Notes under the pieces: generated by a model
The model's input: only the letters and a program-made list of their open reading frames with translations
Told to the model about the DNA's origin: nothing
The model's database searches: none
Assembly: GCA_965287045.1 (NCBI GenBank)
Contig: OZ336881.1
Span: forward strand, 50,902,001-50,966,000
Length of the DNA stretch: 64,000 bases
Direction: 5' to 3'
Source of the DNA: Carcharhinus amblyrhynchos
Lineage: Eukaryota
Shown: in pieces, positions 13,103-24,511 of the stretch
Layout: the number at the start of each line of letters is the position of its first letter
How positions within the stretch are numbered: the stretch's first letter is position 1
Translations under genes and position numbers: made by a program

Positions 13103-14849
13103 TAAGAACATAAGAAATAGGAGCAGGAGTAGGCCAACTAGCCCTTCGAGCCTGCCCCGCCATTCAATAAGATCATGGCTGATCTGTCTTGGCTCAGTTC
13201 CACATTCCCGCCCTCTCCCCATAACCCTTAATCCCCTCTCTTATCAAAAACCCATCAACCCGCATCTTAAAAATATTTAGCGAGGTAGCCTTCACCACTT
13301 CAACGGGCAGAGAATTCCAGAGATTCACCACCCTTTGAGTGAAGAAGTTCCTCCTCAACTCCGTTCTAAACCTCCCCCCCTTTATCTTGAGGCTGTGCCC
13401 CCTAGTCCTACTATCCTTTCTGAGCGGGAAGAGTCTCTCCACCTCTATCCTATCCATCCCATTCATCATCTTATACGTCTCAATGAGATCTCCCCTCATT
13501 CTTCTAAACTCTAACGAGTACAAGCCTAATTTATTCAGCCTCTCCTCATAGCTCAACCCCCTCAACTCCGGCATCAGTCTAGTAAACCTCTTCTGCACTC
13601 CCTCCAAGGCCAAAATATCCTTGCGTAAGTACGGCGCCCAAAATGGCACACAGTACTCCAGCTGCGGCCTCACCAATGCCCTATACAGCCGCAGCAAGAC
13701 CTCCCTACTTTTATATTCAATCCCCCTCGCTATGAAGGCCAGCATCCCATTCGCCTTCCTGACCACCTGCTGCACCTGCAAGCTGGGTTTTTGCGACTCA
13801 TGCACAAGGACCCCGAGGTCCCTCTGCACCGTCGCCTGCTGCAGTTTTTCTCCACATAAGTAATAATTCTTCCTACCATTATTCCTACCAAAGTGGACCA
13901 CCTCGCACTTGCCAACATTAAATTCCATTTGCCATTTCCTGGCCCATTCACCCAGCCTATCTAGATCCTTCTGTAGACTCTCCCCACCCTCCGCACAATT
14001 TGCCTTTCCACCAATTTTGGTGTCATCAGCAAATTTCGACACCCTACACTCGGTTCCCTCCTCCAGATCATCTATATAAATGGTAAAAAGCTGAGGCCCC
14101 AGCACCGACCCCTGGGGCACTCCACTAGTCACCATCTGCCAATCTGAATAGCACCCATTGACCCCCACTTTCTGCCTCCAATTTGACAACCAGTCCTCTA
14201 TCCACACTAACACCCTACCCCCAACTCCATGCCCCCTGACCTTCTGCAATAACCTCTTGTGAGGTACCTTGTCAAACGCCTTCTGAAAATCAAGAAAGAC
14301 CACATCCACCGGCTCTCCTCTATCCACCGCCCTAGACACATCCTCATAGAACTCCAGTAAATTTGTCAGACACGACTTCCCTTTAACGAAACCGTGCTGC
14401 GTCTGCTCTATCAAGCAGTTCCCCTCAAGATGCCTCGCTATTTCCTCCTTGATGATGGATTCTAACGTTTTACCTACCACAGACGTTAAACTAACCGGCC
14501 TATAATTCCCTGCCTTTTGCCTGGCACCCTTCTTAAACAACGGCGTAACATTAGCCGTTTTCCAATCTTCCGGCACTTCCCCGGAATCCAGCGACGTCTG
14601 GAAAATAACCACCAAGGCATCCACTATCACCTCCGCCATTTCTTTCAGGACCCTCGGATGCATTCCATCCGGTCCTGGGGACTTGTCCACAATCAGCCCC
14701 TCCAGTCTGTCGAGCACCACCTCTCTAGTAACAGTAATGTCATCGAGACCCTCCAGTCCTACCACCTTTCCATCTCTAATATCCGGCAAATTATTCACGT
14801 CCTCCTCCGTGAAGACCGAAACAAAAAAGTTATTCAAGACCTCAGCCAT
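13103..14849 (-). mobile_element. Young 5'-truncated CR1 LINE
   Basis: Uninterrupted RT frame plus a CR1-type 3' UTR ending ...ggcctactcctgctcctatttcttatgttctta; richer in GC and CpG than its flanks. Confidence 0.95.
13194..14849 (-). CDS. CR1 ORF2 reverse transcriptase, C-terminal 551 aa (endonuclease domain missing)
   Basis: Motifs KSPGPDG, NYRPVSLTS, QHGF, LDFQKAFDKVPH, GVPQGSVLGP, FADD, RGDLIETYK, FFTQRVVNLWNSLP. Confidence 0.9.
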   Translation of the reverse strand: MAEVLNNFFVSVFTEEDVNNLPDIRDGKVVGLEGLDDITVTREVVLDRLEGLIVDKSPGPDGMHPRVLKEMAEVIVDALVVIFQTSLDSGEVPEDWKTANVTPLFKKGARQKAGNYRPVSLTSVVGKTLESIIKEEIARHLEGNCLIEQTQHGFVKGKSCLTNLLEFYEDVSRAVDRGEPVDVVFLDFQKAFDKVPHKRLLQKVRGHGVGGRVLVWIEDWLSNWRQKVGVNGCYSDWQMVTSGVPQGSVLGPQLFTIYIDDLEEGTECRVSKFADDTKIGGKANCAEGGESLQKDLDRLGEWARKWQMEFNVGKCEVVHFGRNNGRKNYYLCGEKLQQATVQRDLGVLVHESQKPSLQVQQVVRKANGMLAFIARGIEYKSREVLLRLYRALVRPQLEYCVPFWAPYLRKDILALEGVQKRFTRLMPELRGLSYEERLNKLGLYSLEFRRMRGDLIETYKMMNGMDRIEVERLFPLRKDSRTRGHSLKIKGGRFRTELRRNFFTQRVVNLWNSLPVEVVKATSLNIFKMRVDGFLIREGIKGYGERAGMWN

Positions 14850-17800
14850 AAAATTGTCTATTCTTGTTTATAATGCAAGGTACATTTCAGTGCACGTTAC
14901 ACAGGTGGATAGTGGTTTGAATAAGCATTCCCACCCGCTAGCAAACATTTAATATTCTGACACTTGGATCCATACTGTGAAGCTCACCAAGGGGTGAGGG
15001 TGATTGGGGTTGAGAAATGACTGCTCACCCATAAATCCAAGCCAACATTATACAATTAAAATAGAGAAAGGAGAAATACCGGGATCAAGGTTTCAAGGAT
15101 TGGACATCAACCCGTTGGCTGAAATTTTCTTTTCCAACCCCTGGCATTGGCAGGATTTTACCAGTCCTGCCAGTGAAAATTGAGACTTAAATGGCCTCCA
15201 TGCCATTTCTAGCCCTCGGTACTGGAAAATTGCCATGGCAATTTTCGCATTATATGATGAGACCCATGCTTGTTTTCAGTAGAGTTTTAGCTATTAGCCA
15301 AATGCCAGAGACAATGAGCTGGTAAGTTCTGTGCTCTCACCCACTTCCAGCTGAAAATGGGGATGAAAATCAGGGTTGGGCTCTTATTGCAGAGCAGGAA
15401 AGTAGTAGTTAAACTTCAGTTTTATGAAGTTACCTAAATTGTTAGATGAAAATTACAACCTTGAAATTGCCCCCATACACTAAAATGTTTAAATGTGTGG
15501 ATTTTATGTGTACATATGTAAAGTATTTTACATAAAATAACTGGGGTAATTGAATTTAATATTTTATGTTGGTACTGGCATTTTTAGGGATATTTAGTCT
15601 ATTACCTGCTTCCGTTGAAAAATCATGTTTGTGATCTCACTGCAAGCTTATCGAGTGATAATCAATATTTAGCAGGATGATGTAGCAGTTTGCATATACA
15701 GTATGACCACGCTTTCACCACAAACTAGTAACTCTATTCTGAAAGTGCTTCCTTTGCATTTCTATGAATAAGTATAATACGTACATCAAATATTCGCAAC
15801 AGTTTGGATTGTAGCATTTACTAGATTCTACCATCTCTCATTTGATCTGCTCGGATGTCAAGATGAAATGAAATTTCATTCATCCTCTGATGGCTGATCC
15901 ACAAAGTCATGATGATATCCAAGTCCATAACCTACCTGTTCTAAGAAGGAGAAAGCAAGCGTGCCTTTAAAATTTTCAAAGGTTTTTCAGTATTGCATGT
16001 TCAGAAAGCATGGGAATGTATTTCATGGGAACTCCTTTCATAAAAATGTTTTGCTTAAAAGTACCCCTCACCTAAATTAACTTCTGTTTATTGTAAACTC
16101 TTGAGGTTTGTGCCCATGACTGTTTAACCAGTTATAACGTTTTTTTTCTTGTTTATCTTAGACGCATTTTACAAGTGGCAGTATTCCTTTGTTTGTAATT
16201 TTAATATTTTATTTTTCCTTTCAACTTATCTTTGCTATGTGCTGCTCACATAATATCATCCCAGTTCTGAAGATCAATTTTTGTTCTTTTCACAGAAATT
16301 GCCTGAACATGAACATCTCTAGCATTTTCTGTTTGTCAGATTTCCAGCTTCTGCAGCTTTTTGTTGCTTTTTGTTCGCATGATTTCTAGATTTTACTCCT
16401 GTTTTACAGTTCTAAAAATCTCCAAAGCTAGAATGTCACAGAAGAGCAAAGGAATATCTTATTCTTACCAAAATCAATCAGTTTTTAAAACATTGGCTGG
16501 AATATTACCACGTTCATGTCTGCAGGATTTCCCCATCCCACTGCAGTGAATGGAGATTTGGCTGGTCTGTAACCTCACTGCAGCGGGAGAGCGTGGTGTG
16601 AACGCCCAGTAAGAAAGTGCCCAATAGTCAGAATTCTGAATTCTTTTTGGAAAATATAATCCTGAGATGGTTAGAAAGACTAGCGTTTTCTCCATTTTTG
16701 TGCTCAGTTATACCTGTAATCTGGGTGTAAACCTTTCCCGTGTGTGAATTATATCTTAACTATAACACAGCCAAGTCTCCTATGTCTATCTGTCAGCCTA
16801 TTATCCCAGTAGGTTGCCATCTCCAATCCTTAAATATGAGTATTGCCCAAATGCACATGTTTTGGGTTGAGTGAAATCTCTCAGTAGACACATGGGAAAA
16901 CAATTTTTCTGCTCCTAATTTTTGCAAATGTTATAAACATCTTTCCTTTTGAAAATATTGAGCAGAACCCAAAATGCTCTATTTTCTGCTTGTTTTAAAA
17001 ACTATTTATTTTTATGGTGTAAGAATGTCACATAAAATTAAAGCTTCCCTGATTGCATGTTCTTATGCATACTGTGACCTGAATGAACAATGTTTTACAT
17101 GAGTTAAAATCTAAATTTTTAAGATGTCTTTAGTCTAGTTTGATATAAATTCTTACTGATTTTATGCCCATTTCCATTTGGGCATATTCTAATGAGACTG
17201 GGAAGATTTTTGAATGCAACATTGGGTGCATTTTTGGGTTTAACTTCCAGATTACATCTAGGGAGAAAATTAGGTATCACAGTCACTAAACCTTCAGATT
17301 CAGCAACATTGAATGCATTGACAGTTGATGCTGGCATGAACAACTGCTGCCAGCAGAAAATAGAATAAAGTTCCACTTAAAATTAAAACTGTATATATTT
17401 TAAAAAGTGATTACAGGGCTGTAATCTAATCTAGGGATTCAGATGCCTGTTATAAACCACTCAGGTTTTGTTCTCGCAGTTTATGATGCCATGTCAAGCC
17501 TTCGATCAAATTACTGCTTTGTAATCATTGCCAGGTATCCATTATTATCCATAAAAAGAAGTGACTCTTATAGAGTTGTCTGGTTTGTGTAATTTATTCA
17601 TGCAATATTCTTCAATTTTAAAAAGATGTTAGAAAGGATTTTTGTTTTGAAACAAGGGAAGAGTAAGAAAAGCTAGGTTTTGGATATTGCCATTGTTGGC
17701 AGGCACAGAAGGACTCAATGGAAATACACAGTTTACACTTAATTTTCCAAGGTCAGCATAGTACAGGCATGGATGCAGCTTGTATACTAATGATTGAAGT

Positions 17801-19449
17801 AAGGAATTATGTAAGTAAAATTTAAAGGATTATGTCCATGAAAGGACAGGAAGAAAAGTTTTTAAACTTTTGAGAAGCTTGTAAAAGGCATTAAGATCCT
17901 TCAACAGCCTTTATCAAGACAGGAAACTAAGAAGAATAAGCAAATGTGAAAGAAAATACAACCCAAGCACCTGACCCTTTATTTAGTGTCTGCTTTTAAA
18001 GCGTTTCAGTAAATGATTGCAAGAAGGGCTGCCCACTGTGTTACTCCATGGCATTGTTTCCATTTCAACACACCTACTTGTATTTAGCCCTGTGCTAATG
18101 GAAAGCACAGGTGTCCAAGTAGTAGATGATACAATCCTGCGTCTGCCCTTCCAACCCATAAGTTGCCAGGTGGATATATTGAGATCTACAGAAAGGTGGG
18201 CATCGTGGTGGATGTGGCAAGTCGGGCTTTACAGGCTCCTGGCATACCTCCTTCTATGCAGTGCTGCTGAAAGTATGACATGCTATGATTCGGGTGTGTT
18301 CAACGTTGCAATTTGTGCATTTATCACATAGCTCAATGTTATCACTTTCTGCTGCCTGGTTTCTTTTGGAAAGAGGAACCTCCACCTGGACTTAACATCT
18401 ACCAAAGTGAGATATTTTCACTATATCTACAGGCACAAGTACCCTCCTCTCTGCAGATTTTCCTCTTCCAAATGCATCAGATAGGAATTCCCATTGCCAG
18501 TAATGATGCTGATAAGAGGAGTTTAGTTATAATGCCTAAAATGAATGGGACCATTAATCGTTCCATGATTTCCAGTATATTTAATGCTGCAAAGCAAACC
18601 CAGATTGCATTTTAGATGCACGTTCCTTGCATCTGGCAACCTGCAACATCAGAATGGTGGTAAATGCTGTGCATCCACAAAATCCAAGGTAGTAATTGGC
18701 CGGTTTAATATTTCCACCGGCTGGTGTACTGCCTGTCAGAAATTGTGCGACTACAAGATTGACATGTTTGAGAGACTGGGACTGTAACCCACCCAATTTC
18801 TACTGCAACAATTGCAATTTGCAATTGCAAGTTCAGCCTATAAATTCTATTTATTCAAACTCTTCCCTCCCATGCAATATCAGCCTATTGTAATTTGAAC
18901 AACTGAAAAATATTTTGTTTCCACTAAGCTACAAGGCAGGTAGTTCCAAAGATTTACTTCTATGAACTAGTTCCTCTTGATATATATTTATAAAAATTTA
19001 AATTTATTTAAGAGGAAAATGCAGTTCAATGTTTAACTCCCACTTCCTTATTCTATCTGAAAGTAAGTAACAAATGTATCTTATCAACCATATGATCATT
19101 TTGGATCTTTAACTCTGTGCATCAGTCATTTTAGAACTTTGTTACATATGTGTCTTAGAGCTGTTTCATTCACTGCGATGGTAATAATCATGCATATTGT
19201 ATTTCACCACACAAAGGTGAGCAGTTACATTTGATTCCAATACCTATTCAATGTGCTGCTCACCACTCGCACCCCTTCCCACCCCTTACCCAACCACACT
19301 AAAGGCAATATAAAGAGCCAGTCTGGAGCTCGGCACTTGTGTGTAAAAGGTGAGGCTAAAACCTTCTTACCTACAGCCAGAAGTACCAAGTGGCTGATGT
19401 ACCTTGGCTTCTTCATTAGGTCCCCACCATCACAGGAGTAAATCTCTAG

Positions 19450-19700
19450 CCATGCAGCAACACCACTTGTAAGTTCCCTTCTCAAGACACTCGCCCTCCT
19501 GACTTGGAAATGTTGCTGTTCCTTCACTGGGTCAAAATTCTAGAACTTGCTCCCCAATAGCACTGTGGGTGTACCCACACCACAGGGACTGCAGTGGTTC
19601 AAGAAGACAGCTTACCACAACCTTCTCAAGGGTGATTAGGGATGGCCAGTAGATGATGAACTGGCCAGTAGATGATGAACTAGCCAGCAGTGCCTCACCA
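19450..19700 (+). mobile_element. 3' fragment of a second CR1-group LINE
   Basis: ctgacttggaaatg...cactgtgggtgtacccacaccacagggactgcagtggttcaagaag...ccttctcaagg; homologous to 21720-21918 and to the reverse of 35105-35400. Confidence 0.7.
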
Positions 19701-19819
19701 CATATTTTTTAAAAAAAGCACTTTACTCATTGATACTCAATGTAGGTTCTTCCAGGACCACTCGACTTCAGGACTTATTAGAGCCTTGGTGCAGATACAG
19801 AATTAGACAACAGAAATAT

Positions 19820-20510
19820 AGAATGGTTACAGCACAGAAGGAGGCCTTTTGGCTATCATGTCTGTGCAGGCCTTCTGAAAGAGTAAAAGATCTAAAGCTG
19901 CTTCCCTGCTTTTTCCTTGTAGCCCTAAAGTTTTTTTTCCCCCTTTTCTGATAAATTCCCTTTTGAAAGAATTATCCCAATTTCTCCAACCAATCCACAT
20001 AAATGAAATTCTTCATCCCTGCAACCATTCTGTAGAATTTTTTTCTACATCCTCTCTGATGCCTTTACATCATTCCCACAGTGTGATGCTCAACTTGATG
20101 CAGCACTCCAGTTGGGCCCAACCAGTGTTTTTATACAAGTTTATCATGACTTACTTGCCTTTGTACTCTATGCCTCTTAATAAAGGCCAGGATGATCTAT
20201 ATCTTTAACTGCTCTCTCAACTTATCTTGCCACCTTCAATATATACACGTATTTATAGGTTCCTCTACTCCTGAACCTCCTTTAGAATTGTACCCTTTAT
20301 TTTATATTGTCTCTATGTTCCTTTTATCAAGATGAATCACTTCAGACTTTCTGCATTAAGTTTCATCTTCCAAATGTGCACCCATTTCACCAATCTGATT
20401 ATGTCTTTTTTAAAGTTCGATACAATCCTCATCATGATTCACCACGCTTCCAAATTTTGTATCATCTGCATGTTTTGAAATTGTGCTCTTTATATCAGGA
20501 GCTATGTCAC
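19820..20510 (-). mobile_element. Degenerate CR1 LINE fragment
   Basis: Tail atagaatggttacagcacagaaggaggcc, then body remnants (cagcactccagttgggcccaaccagtgttttatacaag, cctttgtactctatgcctct) collinear with 13103-14100. Confidence 0.7.
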
Positions 20511-20544
20511 AATATCAGGAAGGACAAAACAGCTAAATTTCAGA

Positions 20545-21918
20545 GGCGATGAGAGTGTGACTGCGCTTGACATCGAAGCAGCAATTGACTAAATGTAGCA
20601 AAATTGAAATCTGAGAATCAGCTCTCCATTGGCTGGAGCCATACTTCACATATAGGAGGATGGTTGTGGAAACCAATTATCTCAGTCCCAGAATCTCGCT
20701 GCAGGAGTTCCTCATGGCAATGTTCTAGTAGCTTTATCAATAACGATCCCTCAAGAACTGAAAATATTTGTTGATAGTTATGCAGTTTTCAGCTCCATTC
20801 ATATTGCCTCAGATAATGAAAGCAGTCTGTGCCTGCATGCCGCAAGTAAAGCTTGGACTAGTGAGTGTCCAGTAGCATTCATGTCACAACTGCCAGGCAC
20901 TGACCATCTCCATCAAGGAAAAATCTTCATACCTCCCTGGTCATTCAATGGACAGGCCTCTTATAATCAAAATCCTGGGAATTGCCAATTTATTCATTCG
21001 TAGGTTATGGGCATCGCTGGCTGGCCAGCATTTATTGCCCATCCTTTGAACAGAGTGGCTTGCTAGGCCATTTTAGAGGGCAGTTGAGTCAACCATATTG
21101 CTGTGGCTTTGATGTCACATGTAGGCCAGACCAGGTAAGGACAGCAGATTTCCTCCCCTAAAGGATATTAGTGAATCAGATGGGATTTTCTGATAGTCGA
21201 CAATGGTTTCATGGTCAATTCCAGATATTTTTTACTAAATTCACATTCCGCAACCTGCCGTGGTGGATTCAAACCCAGGTCTCCAGAACATTAGTTCAGT
21301 TTCTGGATTAATAGTCTAGTGATAATGCCACAAGGCCATCGCCTCCCCCTAATCCTTAACCAGATAGCCAGAGTGGCGACACAGACAGGCCAGAAAGTGG
21401 GTATTTTATGGCAAGTGACTCATTTCATTAGTCCATAAAGCCTTTCCACCATCTAAAAGCCACAAGCCAAGAAAGCGATGGAATACTCTCCACTTACTAG
21501 AAACTCAACGCAACCCAAGATAAAGCAGCCCACTTGATTGGCATTTCAACCAACATGCAAAATGTTTATTCCCTCCTAAACTGCCCATTGTAAATGCAGA
21601 GTGTACCATCTACAAAATGACAATACCTCCAAACCTGCAGTTTCCACTACCCAGGAAGCTCAAGGACAGCAGGTGTGTGGGAATAATAGAATGTGCAAGT
21701 CACCCTCCAGGTCACATACCATGCTGACTTGGAACCATATTGATGGTCTTTCATTTCTTTTGGATCAAAACAGTGAAACTCCCTCCCTAACAGCACTGAG
21801 TATCCCTTCATGTAACAAACTGTAGTGGTTCAAGAAGTGAGCTCTTTGAGGCAGTTAGGAATGGACATTAAATGCTTGTTTTGCCAGCAATGCATACATC
21901 TAAGAATGAATAACAAAA
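20545..21918 (+). mobile_element. Degenerate CR1-group LINE (RT and 3' tail), interrupted by a SINE
   Basis: ALDIEAA.D-like segment (gcgcttgacatcgaagcagcaattgac) and AGVPHG.VL segment (gcaggagttcctcatggcaatgttcta); ends gaatgaataacaaaaaaaa. Confidence 0.72.
20989..21349 (-). mobile_element. Full-length tRNA-derived SINE (third family)
   Basis: Reverse strand: gggaggcgatggccttgtgg (A-box-like), gggtttgaatcc (B-box-like), core ttcactaatatcctttaggggaggaaatctgctgtccttacctggtctggcctacatgtgac, tail gatgggcaataaatgctggccagccagcgatgccca...gaatgaataaa. Confidence 0.85.
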
Positions 21919-24387
21919 AAAAATTCTCCTTAAATGAAGGAATCTTTGTAAGCAAAGGAAATTTGAGTGCATGCAAGGAGTTAAATGTCACAGAAGTCAG
22001 GATCCTGGCATCATCCAGGTTTCAGTCAGGTGGATTTGAAGTTGAACAAGGAAGGCAGTTAAATATTCAAATCTGTAACTGAGTGCTGTTTTAACCAAGC
22101 CTCCTGGCTTTAATATTCAGCTCATTTATTTACGAGTTGTCAGCAACTTGCCAGGATCAACCATGCAGATGTAAAACGGGGCGTACTACTTTTGGTGAAA
22201 CTCAGCTGGGAAGCCTTCGAACGGTGAAAATCTGAAGAGCTGCAGCCATGTCCAGGTGAAAAAGGGTTGCTCATGCTTACCTTCTCGGAGTACTTTCACA
22301 GCTCCATAGGTGATTGCCAATTTCTTGAAAGACCTTTTTGGTTGTCTTGCACTTTACTCAATTTCAGCTGCACTATCCTGCTGCTAATCTGCATCATCGT
22401 TTATTTGGCTCTATCTTGCATCTCTTATGTCAGTAGCAGCACCAGCTGTCTTTGCCTCAGCTACATGTCTTTCCACAGGGCAGAGGGGATGGAAATAGAG
22501 AACAGGCTCCTATGAGGCAAGACCTCAACATAGGATCTACCAGCAAAGGATCAACTGTATCAAAGTGTCTGAACCTCAGTGTCTCAGGCAGTTCAGGCTT
22601 CCACAGCATGTCATTGATGATATTTACACCTCCTGGAATAAGACCATCTTTCCAGTGGGCCTGGTTGAGTGTCCATCAAGGTGCCTGTTACTTGCTGCCA
22701 TCTGTATAAGATCATTCACTGCATTCCTCCATATCTCTTAGCCGAACTCCAGCTAAGAGACCCAGGGAGCAGCCTTCCCAAATCTGATCTCCATTCCTGC
22801 CTTTGCTGCAGGTGAGCCATTCTAGCTCTGGCTGTGGTCCCTTTAATTACGAATTCTTGCTCTCTCAGATCTGGCTAATGCCCCAGCTCTGGTAAAGAGC
22901 CAAGGCAAAGCCCATTGATGATTCTGGCGCATTTCTGATCTGCCGGTTTTCCGGTGCTGGCAGCAATGGTTGAAAAATCAGGCCACTTTGTGCCTGGTGG
23001 AGCAGAGGAGAGCAAATGGCCCAGTATGATGTGAATGTTTTTAGGACCATTCACAACTCCATTTGCTAATTCAGATATTGGACCATGGAGTTCTTCAAAT
23101 AGAAAAGACACTCTAGCCTTTTCTTCACCTTGTGTCTTGGGTGCACTTTATTTCAGACAAAATGCAGCTTTATAATTGAATGAGTGAACTGCTGCTTGCA
23201 ATGGGTTATGCTGGATTGCTACCGTCCATAAATGAAATATGTGGGAAATCGGAAATATAAATGACTTATTTATTCTTGCTCATATGTTTGCTTGTTATTA
23301 AACAGGAGATGTTTGGTCAGTCTTCTGTTTGAAAAGCCTTTAAAGTTTAGGATAATTGACACTTTTATTGTGCTGCAGTAAAAAATAGTTTTTTAGAAAC
23401 TAAGTGGAAAGATATCAATTAAAAACTTTTTTAAAGCTTTTCTTGTCGCAATAGGATTCATACATTTGCAGTGAATAGTGCATGAATAGTCACCAAAGCC
23501 ATAGCTTGGTATGGTGACATAAGGGTTCCATATATTACCATATGTCTGTGGGGCATACCTTAGCATGGGGATCAATAGGAGCCATAGTGTATAGGCGTTG
23601 GGTGTAGCTTGGCAAGAGGAGGCATAGGGAATGTGTGGGGGATATATCTTGGCATAGAGTGTATGAGACGCCATGGGTGGGTGGATAGAGGACATGGTGT
23701 GACATAGATGGTGGTATGGGAGTGTGAGAGGACTGGAAAACATTTCTGTTTTTATTATAAATGGGACAAGTTCCACAGCACCAGAGCAGGCCTTTTGAAC
23801 AACCTGCCTCAGCATCCGAACTTGTTTGCAGGTCGACTGCCTGTCTGCACACCCACTTGCCCCTGTCCTAGAGAATGAAATTCCCTTCTTTGCAAGAACT
23901 TTCTTCTGAGGTAGCTAGGCAAAGCTGGGAATATTCCCTTCCCCTGCTACCTGGCCCTGAAAATCCAGTGACTTGAGATGCTTAGTGGCCCTGCATTGAC
24001 AGTAATTTGCATTGTGGTGCTTGTGGCCTTAAGGAACAACTGCTTCCAAATGTTATGAATCAACAGCCTCCCTGACGTCCATTGGCAACGTTTCAACTGT
24101 GTGCCACTTTGCCATGTATTACTGTAGCAATGCAGCTCTATCACCAGGTACCAGAGAAAAACAGTAGTGAATTAATCTCATTTAGCTTGCAAAACCATCT
24201 TGTACATCATGATCTTCTCCATATTATTTTGACATCTTTTAATATTAAGTACTTCCCTAATTGGCGAAGCAGCATTGATGTCTGGTTGCAGAGGGTAAAA
24301 AAGACATGTACATGTGACCAACCCTAATACAACCACAGGGGCCAGCAATCTCTGGAGCTGTAGTTGTTCTTGGAATGGTTTTAAGAA

Positions 24388-24511
24388 AGTTTATGTATTA
24401 TTCACAAGTAGGCTTACATTAACACTGTAATGAAGTTACTGTGAAAATCCCCTAGATGCCACATTTCAGCGCCTGTTTAGGTACTCAGAGAGAATTTAGC
24501 ATGGCCAATGC
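24388..24511 (-). mobile_element. V-SINE-like tail type B fragment
   Basis: cacaagtaggcttacattaacactgtaatgaagttactgtgaaaatccccta...gaatttagcatggccaatgc. Confidence 0.85.

Noticed and set aside
13339-14952. Plus-strand ORFs overlapping the CR1
   Set aside because: Antisense shadows of the RT frame.
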